IMG/VR virus record: IMGVR_UViG_3300012173_000004 | Location: 1-64,000 of that record | Source of the DNA: a virus | Lineage: Duplodnaviria > Caudoviricetes | Length of the DNA: 64,000 bases | Strand: one strand, 5' to 3' | Position numbers and translations under genes: made by a program | Part shown: positions 29,215 to 39,203 of the stretch, one piece after another | Position numbering within the stretch: the first letter of the stretch is position 1 | Layout: every line of letters begins with the position of its first letter | Notes under the pieces: model-generated | The model's input: the letters and a program-made list of their open reading frames with translations, nothing else | Told to the model about the DNA's origin: nothing | The model's database searches: none

Positions 29215-29442
29215 ATGGCAGCTGTAAAATTCGTACCCTGGCGCTGTGGCAGCTGTCACCACGTACTCGGCTTAAGGTATTCTAATGGAACCTTGGCTGT
29301 GAAGTACAAAGATTTGGTTGCGTGGGTCACAGGTACCTATCGTACGGTTTGTCGTTATTGTAAAACGACAAATGAGATTGAAACACAATCACGACTTGAA
29401 GAGTTTTTAAAAGATGAAGGGGAGGTGAAGTTGAGTGTCTAA
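29215..29442 (+). CDS. Com-like zinc-finger protein
   Basis: RCGSCHHVLG...CRYCKTTN, as in Mu Com. Confidence 0.6.
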   Translation: MAAVKFVPWRCGSCHHVLGLRYSNGTLAVKYKDLVAWVTGTYRTVCRYCKTTNEIETQSRLEEFLKDEGEVKLSV

Positions 29443-29986
29443 CGTACCAAATTACAACACACAAAACATCAGCTTAGGCCCGGGTGTTGCGTACATCGGT
29501 GCTGCGGGTACCACTCCTCTCACGGACGTGGGTGCAATCCACGACGATGGGATGGAATTAACGGTTACTCGTGAGTTCCTGGACGTATTCCAGGGCAGTC
29601 CTAAGGTTTTGATCAAACGTTTCGTTACTGGTGAGACCGTCGAGTTGACTGTCAAAGGTATCGAGTGGAACCTTATTAACTTGGCGCTCGCGCTGGGTAC
29701 TGGGGTTACGACCTCGTCTGCTTCGCAGGATACCTATTCGTTCGGTGAAGATCCGGATGCGACGGAAGTGGCCGTCCAGGTTGTGCATTCCATGCCGACA
29801 GGACATACCATTACCTTGCGCCTGTGGCGTTCACAGACCGTCGGTGAGTGGAAAACCGCTTTGAAACAGGGTGAGCTCCATAGCTTTCCGCTATCATTCA
29901 AGGCTTTGTCCTCGACTCTGACGTGGGATGGGCAGCAGCTGGCAGTCGGTAAGCGGTTGTTCCAAATCGTCCGTCAGAAGCAGTAA
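29435..29986 (+). CDS. Major tail tube protein
   Basis: NISLGPGVAYIG..VGA..G motif; strong SD; followed by a terminator, chaperones and tape measure. Confidence 0.8.
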   Translation: MSNVPNYNTQNISLGPGVAYIGAAGTTPLTDVGAIHDDGMELTVTREFLDVFQGSPKVLIKRFVTGETVELTVKGIEWNLINLALALGTGVTTSSASQDTYSFGEDPDATEVAVQVVHSMPTGHTITLRLWRSQTVGEWKTALKQGELHSFPLSFKALSSTLTWDGQQLAVGKRLFQIVRQKQ

Positions 29987-30044
29987 GCTGCTTCTGATCT
30001 AAAAGTGGGAGAGGCTCTAGAAGCCCAACATGGAAATGTAATCG

Positions 30045-30090
30045 AAGCAAGTCTCCGGTATCAATGGCTGGAGACTTGCTTTATTTTTAT
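30045..30090 (+). terminator. Intrinsic terminator after the tail tube gene
   Basis: AAGCAAGTCTCCGG/CTGGAGACTTGCTT stem followed by TATTTTTAT. Confidence 0.75.
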
Positions 30091-30104
30091 CAAAGGGAGG
30101 AATT

Positions 30105-30587
30105 ATGGCTTACGAGAAAGATTTAGGTGCGGTACAATGTAGCAATGGCGAAACATTGGTGCTGCCTCGTCTCACGTTAGGACGCATCATTTCAGCTTCA
30201 ACGTCCATCTCAGCGCTTATCAAAAAGGTTAAGGAGGTGGCGCCTGACTTGTTTGTTATCCAAGTACCTGAAGCACCTGAAGTTGCCACACCCCAGGCTA
30301 TAGCTGCATACAGAGCAGCCATCAATGCCCAAGATACGAGTCTGGGTCAACGAGTCTTAGGTGCTTTGCCTGAACTTCTGCCTCAGATTTGGAATGAAGT
30401 AGTTGCTTTGCTTGCCAGTTATTTGGAAAAGGAAGTTGACTGGATCAAGAAAGAACTCGACTTGGAGGATGCAGTTAAGATACTGTGCCCTTTCTTCACG
30501 AGTATCTTCATGCAGGGCAATCAGGTAGTAGGCTTGTTCAACCAGTTAACAGGGCCGCAGAAGACGACGGAAGCGACCCAAGGTTAA
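30105..30587 (+). CDS. Tail assembly chaperone (lambda gpG-like)
   Basis: Between tube and tape measure genes; contains a slippery heptamer. Confidence 0.75.
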   Translation: MAYEKDLGAVQCSNGETLVLPRLTLGRIISASTSISALIKKVKEVAPDLFVIQVPEAPEVATPQAIAAYRAAINAQDTSLGQRVLGALPELLPQIWNEVVALLASYLEKEVDWIKKELDLEDAVKILCPFFTSIFMQGNQVVGLFNQLTGPQKTTEATQG

Positions 30588-30838
30588 AACTTGAAGATAC
30601 TGTTGCGGACTTGGTTGACATGTTTGCGTCCGCTTATGGCTGGGGTTTGACTGATGTTTTGAATATGACCTTTCCAGAGGTCTTCAAGCAGCAGGAATCA
30701 ATGTTACGCCGTTTACGTCGCCTGGGCCAGAAGCCCGGTAACGATGGTAATATAAACTGGGAACATAAAAAACCAACGTTAAAACTACATGATGCACTTG
30801 ATAATGAATTACTACGTGGTTGTGTAGTCGAGGAATAA
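30488..30838 (+). CDS. -1 frameshift extension of the tail chaperone (gpGT-like)
   Basis: C CCT TTC at 30488-30494 is in phase; -1 frame is open from 30479 to 30838 and has a DMFASAYGW..DVLNMT motif. Confidence 0.7.
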   Translation, partial: PFLHEYLHAGQSGSRLVQPVNRAAEDDGSDPRLKLEDTVADLVDMFASAYGWGLTDVLNMTFPEVFKQQESMLRRLRRLGQKPGNDGNINWEHKKPTLKLHDALDNELLRGCVVEE

Positions 30839-30841
30839 TCA

Positions 30842-33800
30842 TTGGCAGCTTCTGAACAATATGGTGTAGATCTACAGTTACAGATTGATGCTTTTGAAGC
30901 AAACATTAAGAAGGCCCAGCAAAATCTTCTTGATGTTGAAAAGACTGCCGCTGAAGTTTCTAAGAAGTCATCTCAGGACATTAACCAGATAGGTAGTGAA
31001 TCTGCTACTGGTGGTGTTTCACGGCTAACATCTGCTTTGGGTGGGTTAGCTAAGGTAGCTGCTGTAGGTGGCGGCCTAATTTTAGGTCTAAAATTATTCC
31101 GTACTGTTATAGGTGCCGTCTCAGGTGATGATGAAAAAGCTACACGTTCATTTCTAAACTTGACTCGAGGCATGTCCACAGCTGTTGGTAGCGCGGCTGG
31201 TATGGTGCGTGCCTTTGCTGGTACGACAGGTCCGTTCGATGCTTTCTTAGGTCGGGTCCAAAGAGCTACTGTTAACACTACAGTTTTCTCTGGTGCTTTA
31301 AATAGTCTGCGGGGCAATGATTCTGTTAAGAGTTTTGCTCAAAACTTTGTTACTAACTTTGATCGTATTGAAAAGTCTGTTAAGCAATCTTTGCTTGCCA
31401 TTCCTGGAGTAACACCCTCACTTAACTTTTTGGGCAAAGCTTTCAACGCAGTTACTAAAGAGACCGCTGCCTTCTTCAATAATTTGGCTGCCAACGGTAA
31501 TGCCATTGGTAAGATAGCAGTGGCCTTAGGCAACATGGCTACGGGTGCTGTCAGTGTAGCACCTGGTATGAATAAGTTAAGTGGCGTTGCTGGCCTGGCT
31601 GATGATGCTGCTGTAGGTCTCGCCAAGGGTATGCAATCCGCCGGTATCGAAGCGGGCGCCCTCAGTGCTGTTGGTACTGGCCTGATAGCTACCATAACAG
31701 CCCTCAATGCAGCAATTGCCATTGCTGGTAGTTTGATGTCAGGAATTGGCAAAAGCATAGTTGCTACCACGTCTGAATGGGCCATTGCCTCAGGTAAACT
31801 TGATCTGGCCATCACCCAGTTAACAGCTCAGCTTGAATCAGCATCTGCTGCTACAGGTATTTTCTTAGGTACTGCAGATGAGATGACTACGTTTCTTAAG
31901 GAATTATCTAAAGAAACAGGTCTTGCTGACACTCAGCTGGTTCAATTGGCGTCTTCATTCTTACAAGTAGAAGGTACTGCTCAGCTTAGTAAAGAACAAC
32001 TGCAAGAGGTTATTAAGCGCACCGCCATTCTTGGTGCTTCAATGGGCGATTTGGAAGGCGTAGCTGGTAAAGTTATTGGTGGTTTCCAAGGCTTTACTCG
32101 TGGTTTAAGTTTATTTTTAGGTTTAGGTGCCCGCTCGTCAGAACTAACCAAGCTAGAAGCTGACGGCCTGCAACTTGTTTCAGGCGCTGCACAAGGACAA
32201 GTTGATTCTCTAAAGCGGGCAGCCTTCGCCCAGCAGTTGTATGGTACCTTTGTTAATGGTACAAACGCACGAGTTAAAGCTTACGCCGCCAGCAGTGACA
32301 ACTTGGTCTTGGCTTTGCAACGCCTACAAGGTGCCCAGAGTAACATAGCTGAAGCTTTTGGTAAAGCGTCAGGTACTTTTCTGGTACCTCTAGTTAATGC
32401 CTTCACTAAAATTATTAACGTCGTCACTGATTTGCCTCCAGGTCTGCGTAGTGTAATCTCTGAAGTCATTAACTTAACTGGTGTGGTGCTTGTTGCCATA
32501 GGTACTGTACTTAAATACGCTAGCATTTTTGTTCTTTTAAAGAATAGCGTTGCCATTTTTAATGCTGCCCTAACTTTGAGTTTACCTGTCATTGGCAATG
32601 TGGGTGTTGCTCTTGGTAAATTATTTGGTAGCTTTGGTATCGGTGGGGGAGCTATTACGAGCTTTGGTGGCCTCGTAGGTAAACTAGGTCTTTTGATCCC
32701 AGCTGCCTTCCGTGCAGGTGAAAATGCAATTGCTAGCTTTGTTACCAGAGGTATAGGGGGCTTACTAGGTCTAAGTTTTAGTTTTAGTGGTATTGTAGGC
32801 GTTCTTACTAAAGTGGCTGGCGGCATTCTTACTGTGGGTTTGAATCTGGGTAAATACCTGGTTTTTCCGAGTCATCTAACTTTGTTGATTGTTGCCTTTA
32901 AAGCTTTGTATGATGCTATTCGTATTGTAGATGTGCAGATTGGCATATCCGCCGCCGCAATTGAGTTTTATAAGAATAACATTGAAGGTAGTACTTTGTT
33001 AACTGATATTTTTACCTTTGCTGTTGCCAAGCTTTCACAGGCCATTCAGTTGTTGTCTTTTACTATTGCTTTTGCTTTAGAAGCTGCACTGCTTGGTATT
33101 GTAGCACCTGTCAATATTGTACTTAGTGGTTTGACTTTATTGGCAAAAGGTCTTGATACCGTTTTCGGTACTAGTTTGACTAAGACCATTGAACCTATAA
33201 ATGAAGCTGCCACTGTTTTACAGGATCGCCTCGTCAAGGGCATGCACGATAGTGCTGTAGCAAGTGTCGAAGCTGCAGGACGCCTCTTTTCTATGGATAC
33301 GTCCTTAGGTAAAGTTAAGAAAAGTTCTGAAGCTGCTGCCATTGCTATGAAAAAGGTTTCAGTTTCCGCTGAAGTCTTAAGGGCTATTTTTGATATTGCT
33401 AATAAGGGTCTGGAAGAAACGGCCAAAGGTATACAGAGTAATGCTGACCAAAATGTTGCTACTCTTGATCGCCTTGCTGAAGCTCAAAAAACCTTTGTCA
33501 ATGAATTCATTTCCGATGAAGGTTATAGAGCCTCACGTGTCTTTGAAATTGAAAATACACTACGTAAGCGTCGATTGGATGTTGCGGAACAGACCCAGAC
33601 TGAATTGTTAGCTGTAGCTGCTACAGCCCAAGCCCAGCAACTTGCTGCTATTGGGCATTTGGCCGATGCTTCTGATCAAAAGCAGGAAGATCGTATTAAG
33701 AAGGAAGCTGAAGTTCGGCAGAAGTTTTTAGAAACAGAAACACAAATTACAACAGATTTCCGTGCTAAGCTTCTGGAGCAGCTTGCTGCGGTACGTGAAC

Positions 33801-34897
33801 AGCAAAACCAGCGTGTACAGATTATACGGGATACCCGCAGTCGTATTAAAGATATTGAAACAGCTTCTGCCAATGCTATATCAGATATTCAACTTCGTCT
33901 ATTGTCTGGTGAGAGGGCTAATGCTTTTGTACGTGAACAAATTCGTCTGAAAGAGATACAAGCACGTGACGCCGCTTCTCGTGGTGATTTTGAACGTGCA
34001 GCTCGTACTGCAGAAGAAATTAACGGCCTAGCTTCTAAAGTTGGTGGTCCAGATATCACGAATGCTCTCGCAGCCGCTGCCCGAGTTGGAGCGGCTGGTT
34101 CTATAAAAGAAGCGCAGGCAGCCTTAGACGAACTCACTAATACAGGACATAATGCCGAAAAAACATTTCAGGATTTGTCTTCCGCTGTATTTTTTGCACG
34201 TGGCCCTGAAGACATGGCTAAGATTGCGGCCGCCGCTGCCGCTTTCCAAGCAGCTTTACAAAAGGGTGCTGAAACAACCCAGGGTAATGAACAGATTAGT
34301 ATTTTAGAACGATCTCGTGACTTACAAATTCGAATTCAAGAACAAAGGGCTGCTGCTGCTGAACAAGAAAAAATTACCTTGGAGGCCCAGCAGAAGGCTA
34401 TCGTTGCCCGCTTGGAAGAGACCGAAGCCAAACTCAATGAATTGCGAGAATCACTATCGCAGCCTATCGAGACGTTGGTTAATTTTTCACCTGAAACTTC
34501 AGCAGTAGAAGCAGCCATTAGAGAATTACAAAGTCGTAACATTGTTGTACCTGTAACGTTTCAAACTGCACGTGGTGTCAATATGGAAGGATTCTCAGTC
34601 CATAACGTTGAAGACGTGGGTCGTTTGATAAGGGAAAAGTTTAATCCTGGTATCATTGAAGCTGGTTTTCAAACAGCCACGAATGGTATTGCTGGTTCTG
34701 TGGGTATTGATCGCTTTGGTGGCGACGGCACTGGCCCCAGTAAGCATGTTCGTGTGGATTTGAATCTTAGTGGTGAAACTACTAGTGTCGACACCAAAGA
34801 CCAGGCCAGTGCAGATGCTTTGGTGGGTTTTGCTAAGAATTTACAGAACATTAAGAAATCACGGGGCAACTACACTTCACCGTTTTTGAGGATTTAA
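30842..34897 (+). CDS. Tape measure protein
   Basis: 1351 aa, A/G/L-rich, hydrophobic core and coiled coils; follows the chaperones. Confidence 0.9.
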   Translation: MAASEQYGVDLQLQIDAFEANIKKAQQNLLDVEKTAAEVSKKSSQDINQIGSESATGGVSRLTSALGGLAKVAAVGGGLILGLKLFRTVIGAVSGDDEKATRSFLNLTRGMSTAVGSAAGMVRAFAGTTGPFDAFLGRVQRATVNTTVFSGALNSLRGNDSVKSFAQNFVTNFDRIEKSVKQSLLAIPGVTPSLNFLGKAFNAVTKETAAFFNNLAANGNAIGKIAVALGNMATGAVSVAPGMNKLSGVAGLADDAAVGLAKGMQSAGIEAGALSAVGTGLIATITALNAAIAIAGSLMSGIGKSIVATTSEWAIASGKLDLAITQLTAQLESASAATGIFLGTADEMTTFLKELSKETGLADTQLVQLASSFLQVEGTAQLSKEQLQEVIKRTAILGASMGDLEGVAGKVIGGFQGFTRGLSLFLGLGARSSELTKLEADGLQLVSGAAQGQVDSLKRAAFAQQLYGTFVNGTNARVKAYAASSDNLVLALQRLQGAQSNIAEAFGKASGTFLVPLVNAFTKIINVVTDLPPGLRSVISEVINLTGVVLVAIGTVLKYASIFVLLKNSVAIFNAALTLSLPVIGNVGVALGKLFGSFGIGGGAITSFGGLVGKLGLLIPAAFRAGENAIASFVTRGIGGLLGLSFSFSGIVGVLTKVAGGILTVGLNLGKYLVFPSHLTLLIVAFKALYDAIRIVDVQIGISAAAIEFYKNNIEGSTLLTDIFTFAVAKLSQAIQLLSFTIAFALEAALLGIVAPVNIVLSGLTLLAKGLDTVFGTSLTKTIEPINEAATVLQDRLVKGMHDSAVASVEAAGRLFSMDTSLGKVKKSSEAAAIAMKKVSVSAEVLRAIFDIANKGLEETAKGIQSNADQNVATLDRLAEAQKTFVNEFISDEGYRASRVFEIENTLRKRRLDVAEQTQTELLAVAATAQAQQLAAIGHLADASDQKQEDRIKKEAEVRQKFLETETQITTDFRAKLLEQLAAVREQQNQRVQIIRDTRSRIKDIETASANAISDIQLRLLSGERANAFVREQIRLKEIQARDAASRGDFERAARTAEEINGLASKVGGPDITNALAAAARVGAAGSIKEAQAALDELTNTGHNAEKTFQDLSSAVFFARGPEDMAKIAAAAAAFQAALQKGAETTQGNEQISILERSRDLQIRIQEQRAAAAEQEKITLEAQQKAIVARLEETEAKLNELRESLSQPIETLVNFSPETSAVEAAIRELQSRNIVVPVTFQTARGVNMEGFSVHNVEDVGRLIREKFNPGIIEAGFQTATNGIAGSVGIDRFGGDGTGPSKHVRVDLNLSGETTSVDTKDQASADALVGFAKNLQNIKKSRGNYTSPFLRI

Positions 34898-34900
34898 CTG

Positions 34901-35461
34901 ATGGGCATTCCTACCCTTATTATAGGGGCCACAAGTATTACTGCTACCCGGCGATTACCCTCCCAGGCTTTTAATGCAGTTTGTAAACAAAAGCTCTCTG
35001 GAATGCGTTCTCAGACTGGTAAGTTGTTTACACAGTTCTTGTATGAGAAATACTCTGTCAAGGTCAGCGGCTTATCTCAGACTTTATATGAAGATTTGAG
35101 GCACGAGTATCAGCGCGTAGGTTTCATTGATTTATATTCAATTTCTAATCGTAAGGAGTTGTTTACTGCAACAGGTACAACTCTACAGTTTTTAACAACA
35201 CGTCGAATTCGCATTGATGACGGCAGTGTCGCTGCCCAAGTTGAAAATCCTCCTGGTACGGTGGTGAATGCCTCTTTCGCGGTATCAGCTGGTGGCACAC
35301 AGGGTCTTGTAACTTTAACAGGTGGTACTGTAGTGATTGGCACTGATAGTGTAGTGGTTCGCTATTTTCCCATTATCAATGGCCAAATTATGGAGTTTGA
35401 TAATGGTTATGATTGGATAAATGACCAGGAAACTTGGAACTTATTGTTCGAAGAAGCGTAA
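34901..35461 (+). CDS. Distal tail-like protein
   Basis: Directly follows the tape measure gene; ends LLFEEA. Confidence 0.55.
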   Translation: MGIPTLIIGATSITATRRLPSQAFNAVCKQKLSGMRSQTGKLFTQFLYEKYSVKVSGLSQTLYEDLRHEYQRVGFIDLYSISNRKELFTATGTTLQFLTTRRIRIDDGSVAAQVENPPGTVVNASFAVSAGGTQGLVTLTGGTVVIGTDSVVVRYFPIINGQIMEFDNGYDWINDQETWNLLFEEA

Positions 35462-36646
35462 ATGCTTGCAAGTAATGTGTCTATAATTACAAGTCCTAAG
35501 TTGATTACAGCGGACTTCTTTAGGTTGTTTATCAGCTGGGAACAGACGCCTGCTCTTGTAACAGGTGGTACTGTTGTCATTACAAACACCAACACCCCAG
35601 TTTCAACATTAACAACCACGATTAGTACAACTTGGTTAACGTTAACTGTACGTCAATCTCAATTTGTTAGGGTAGTCCTATTTATTGACGGTACGGATGT
35701 TTCACAATATTTGGTGGGTCGTTTAGAAGTGCACTGGCCGGATGATGGCAACGGGCAATGCACTTTCTCATTAGTTACCCGTAATCCCTTCGCGGATTCA
35801 CCGCCCTTTAACATAGAATCAGATGTGGATGTCTTTGCTCTATATACTGATCCCGATGATGGCAGTTCATCATCAGTACGCATGTTTAAAGGCAAGTTGT
35901 CACATTTTGAATATGTGCCCGAACAAGATGTAGCTAACATAACTGTCCAGGATATGTCACGCACAGTGTCGCGTTCTACTGATAAGTTGAACGTAGATAT
36001 TTTGGGTGTTGATCCTATTGTTACTGAGAAACTTACTTGCACATCCACCAATATTTTAGTCACCACCCAAGCAATGGATATGAACTCACCTAACCCCCTG
36101 ATTGGCATCTGGCTTGAAAGTGACACTGGGTTAAAGGTTAACTTAACATCATTGATGAACTACACCTTTAATTCTCCTCAACAAATTCGTTCCTTTAATG
36201 GTGGGATACTTAATGTAGGCACTAATTATTTATTGAAATACCAGGTACCTCTTGGAAATTTCATCATTCCTAATTTGAAAAAGTCAGAAGTGCTACAAAT
36301 CATCGCAGCGCTATCTGGTATCTCTGAACTGGCCAATGAACGTTCTGATCAGTTTGAAGATGAGGTTGTAGGTGTTAATATTACGGCTAACGACGAATTG
36401 CCTCTGGATCTTATACGTAAGATCATAGTACCTCAGACTTGGAAAGTCGAATTTGATGAGTTTGGCACATTGAGGATTCGACGTGAATATCTTAAAGCTA
36501 CTGAAGATTTTACCTTGGATGGCGATCGTGTCATTGAAGATACTTTGTCAATAAACAAGGACACTGACAGTGTTATAAATGATATAACTATTGTGGGCAT
36601 TGTCAAACGTAATGGTGGTGGGAGCCCCTCAGTACCGGTAATATAA
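35462..36646 (+). CDS. Tail tip/hub protein
   Basis: Position; MFKGKL, VEFDEFGTLRI and VINDITIVG hub-like pattern. Confidence 0.55.
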   Translation: MLASNVSIITSPKLITADFFRLFISWEQTPALVTGGTVVITNTNTPVSTLTTTISTTWLTLTVRQSQFVRVVLFIDGTDVSQYLVGRLEVHWPDDGNGQCTFSLVTRNPFADSPPFNIESDVDVFALYTDPDDGSSSSVRMFKGKLSHFEYVPEQDVANITVQDMSRTVSRSTDKLNVDILGVDPIVTEKLTCTSTNILVTTQAMDMNSPNPLIGIWLESDTGLKVNLTSLMNYTFNSPQQIRSFNGGILNVGTNYLLKYQVPLGNFIIPNLKKSEVLQIIAALSGISELANERSDQFEDEVVGVNITANDELPLDLIRKIIVPQTWKVEFDEFGTLRIRREYLKATEDFTLDGDRVIEDTLSINKDTDSVINDITIVGIVKRNGGGSPSVPVI

Positions 36647-36648
36647 TT

Positions 36649-37707
36649 ATGCCTCTAATTGAACGAAAAGTTTTAGGCACAGGGCATGCTGAACAAGGTT
36701 TGCCTGCGCCTATTGCATGGACTGGCGGAGAAGTATTAACTTCTGCTAATCCTATCACCTATGTGGACATTCCATTGCCTCAGACTACTGTTTTGAATTC
36801 GGTACAGATGGCAGTCAAAAATTTAACAACACCATCAATCCCAGCTGGCTTTAATTTTTATAGTGGTGGACCACCACTACCATTGACAGTAGGGCCTCCT
36901 ACTATAATGCCTGGTGTGTATTTCTTGGTGATAGACGACTGGCTTGCCCAAAAATGGCACTTAATTGGTTTGAATGAGGCAGTCGAGCGTGCCTCTGTTG
37001 GTACTGGTTTCAATTCTGCTCCTGGTGTTTATTCTGTAGCATATGTACAGGGGTTGTTGGGTAGCATTGATATCAATTTCACACCAGTTGGGAATAAACC
37101 TAGTTTCTTTTCAGGCAGTTCAACGCCTCTGGTGCGTTACACTGACGGTAGTTACCATTATTTACTTTCTATTTTTCGTCCTTTTTTTAAGGGGCGCCTA
37201 TCAATATTTATAAATGTAATTTCAGTTTGGTATCCTTTTTCTTTAGACATTCAGATTACAGGATATGCTCTTGAGAATATTAGTTCACAGGGTGTTCCTG
37301 ATGAACAAATCTCTGTGCGTGTGATTGATGAAACTTGTCAAGAGCTTTACGGCGTACGTCCTGGTAAGGAAGAACAATCTGATTTCATTGAAACCCAAAT
37401 ACAAGCCGCTCGTGTAGGTGAACAAATACTTTGGCAGTCGCAAATGGTTCTGGACTTAAGCGCAGTTGTGCCTATCACCCCAGCGATCCGTCGTGGTTCA
37501 ACAGTCCGCATAGCGTATCCATCCAAGAATTTAGATGTTCTAGGTTTAGTAAAAAATGTAACACATACCTTTAACACTGAAGCTCAAGGTATGTCAAGTC
37601 AGGGTATTGCTACTACACAATGTGAAGTCAAGGCGACAGAGTTTATCTTTAGAACTGCCGGCGGTGAATCTCAGGATGCTGAGAAGTTAGATAAGAGGCA
37701 AACCTAA
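36649..37707 (+). CDS. Tail tip protein (hub C-terminal-like)
   Basis: ELYGVR...SDFIET..QA and P.IRRGSTV.I pattern; position. Confidence 0.5.
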   Translation: MPLIERKVLGTGHAEQGLPAPIAWTGGEVLTSANPITYVDIPLPQTTVLNSVQMAVKNLTTPSIPAGFNFYSGGPPLPLTVGPPTIMPGVYFLVIDDWLAQKWHLIGLNEAVERASVGTGFNSAPGVYSVAYVQGLLGSIDINFTPVGNKPSFFSGSSTPLVRYTDGSYHYLLSIFRPFFKGRLSIFINVISVWYPFSLDIQITGYALENISSQGVPDEQISVRVIDETCQELYGVRPGKEEQSDFIETQIQAARVGEQILWQSQMVLDLSAVVPITPAIRRGSTVRIAYPSKNLDVLGLVKNVTHTFNTEAQGMSSQGIATTQCEVKATEFIFRTAGGESQDAEKLDKRQT

Positions 37708-37708
37708 G

Positions 37709-38779
37709 ATGCCTAGAGCTCCTAATCCATCAACCTTAGTCAATGCAATGCGTTCAGTGCAAGGCAGAGAATCTAACTACCGTCAATGGTCTGAGCGTGC
37801 AACTATTATAGGTTTCAACGAAGCAACTCAGTCTTACGAGATTGTCGTCAGCGCTGCAGGACCTTCAGGCGCAGAAACCAATAGTGCAAATCGTACTTTG
37901 CGGGAAATCAAGTCTCTGTTTCCAACAGATTTGCGAACTTTTAATCCCGGGGATAGTGTCCTTGTTGGTTATGTTTCAGAGAAAAAAGAGCATCCTGTTA
38001 TTATGGGATTAGGTGATAATAATCCTTATACAGGTACCACACCGGCAATAACATTACCAACTCAAACAGCATCCGCCAAGCGTGTTGGCGGGGTCGGCGG
38101 CGTTAATCCAGGCACACCAGGTTCAGCTTGTCCTATGCGCGTCAATGATCCTCAAACAGGATCAACCACCACACTAATGGTGGATTGTTCTATGTTAACA
38201 CCAGATAGGAAGTTACAGCTTCCTAATATGCCACGTGTAACTTGTGGTGTTGGTGAAATCAGTTGGAGTACTAATGCTACAGGCGTAACTGTCTCAGGTG
38301 CAGGTACTAATGGAATACTTGGTGAATTAGATCTTGGTCCCAACACAGGTGTTAATGTTACAGGTACAGCATATAAAACGGGGCGGTATCACATTTGTAA
38401 TGGCGGCTTCAATGCCATGGATGTCAAGTCCTATGGTTGTGCTGATCAGATTTTAATTGATTGTAACAAGTTTTTAGCCAATAGTAACAAGTATGATCCC
38501 ACCAGCTGCCACTATTGCGGTGAAGGCGATGTTGCATGTGCAATTGGTGATACCGCAGACACTGCGATAGAAACGAATGATCCTGAATTTGGCACAGGTT
38601 CAGCTTGCGTGGCAGCACGCCCATGCAATGCCCAGGGTACAATGTGTGATGCTAGAACAGCTCAGATGATACTGGACGGTTGTAATCCTTGTGGCTTGGC
38701 ATTGAATAATAAGATCATTACAGCTACAGATGCCAATGGTAATACTGTGTCAATAACTATAACGGTAGCTACGTCATGA
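37709..38779 (+). CDS. Tail protein with OB-like N-terminus and Cys-rich C-terminus
   Basis: FNPGDSVLVGY...PVI.G spike-like OB motif; 14 Cys in the C-terminal part. Confidence 0.5.
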   Translation: MPRAPNPSTLVNAMRSVQGRESNYRQWSERATIIGFNEATQSYEIVVSAAGPSGAETNSANRTLREIKSLFPTDLRTFNPGDSVLVGYVSEKKEHPVIMGLGDNNPYTGTTPAITLPTQTASAKRVGGVGGVNPGTPGSACPMRVNDPQTGSTTTLMVDCSMLTPDRKLQLPNMPRVTCGVGEISWSTNATGVTVSGAGTNGILGELDLGPNTGVNVTGTAYKTGRYHICNGGFNAMDVKSYGCADQILIDCNKFLANSNKYDPTSCHYCGEGDVACAIGDTADTAIETNDPEFGTGSACVAARPCNAQGTMCDARTAQMILDGCNPCGLALNNKIITATDANGNTVSITITVATS

Positions 38780-39183
38780 AGGTATATGCACTACGGCGCA
38801 AATCTACACAGGAATTTTTATTTCCAATTATTCTTGGCGAACCCTATAGGTGTCCTGAAGGTGAGGATCCTCGTGACTTTGAGGCTGTGGACATTTTAAT
38901 ACCTACAACTGAGGCAGAACTACGGAAACTGGAAAGTTCAGTTATAGATGTTAAATTAGAAAAAATGGCACGTCATTTAGGCATGACTGCCGCAGATCTT
39001 ATTGAGAAGGCTGCCACTGCTTTCGGCGTTCCACCTTGTCAAGGTTGTCAGTTACGAAAGCGCATACTTTATGCTGTGGATCGTCTTGGTTGGTGGGCTG
39101 CGGCTCGTATGATACTGAAAACTGTTATGGGCAAGTCTTTAAATGCAAAAGAACGTGGGCTGGTGCAGGGCCTGTGGTCCTAG
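38776..39183 (+). CDS. Hypothetical protein with PCQGC..RK motif
   Basis: Coupled to the upstream gene by ATGA overlap. Confidence 0.55.
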   Translation: MKVYALRRKSTQEFLFPIILGEPYRCPEGEDPRDFEAVDILIPTTEAELRKLESSVIDVKLEKMARHLGMTAADLIEKAATAFGVPPCQGCQLRKRILYAVDRLGWWAAARMILKTVMGKSLNAKERGLVQGLWS

Positions 39184-39203
39184 GCTAAAATAAGGATTCA
39201 GCT

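Noticed and set aside
30973-34869. Multiple minus-strand ORFs opposite the tape measure gene (similarly 12625..13200)
   Set aside because: Antisense shadows of biased coding sequence with no motifs or SD
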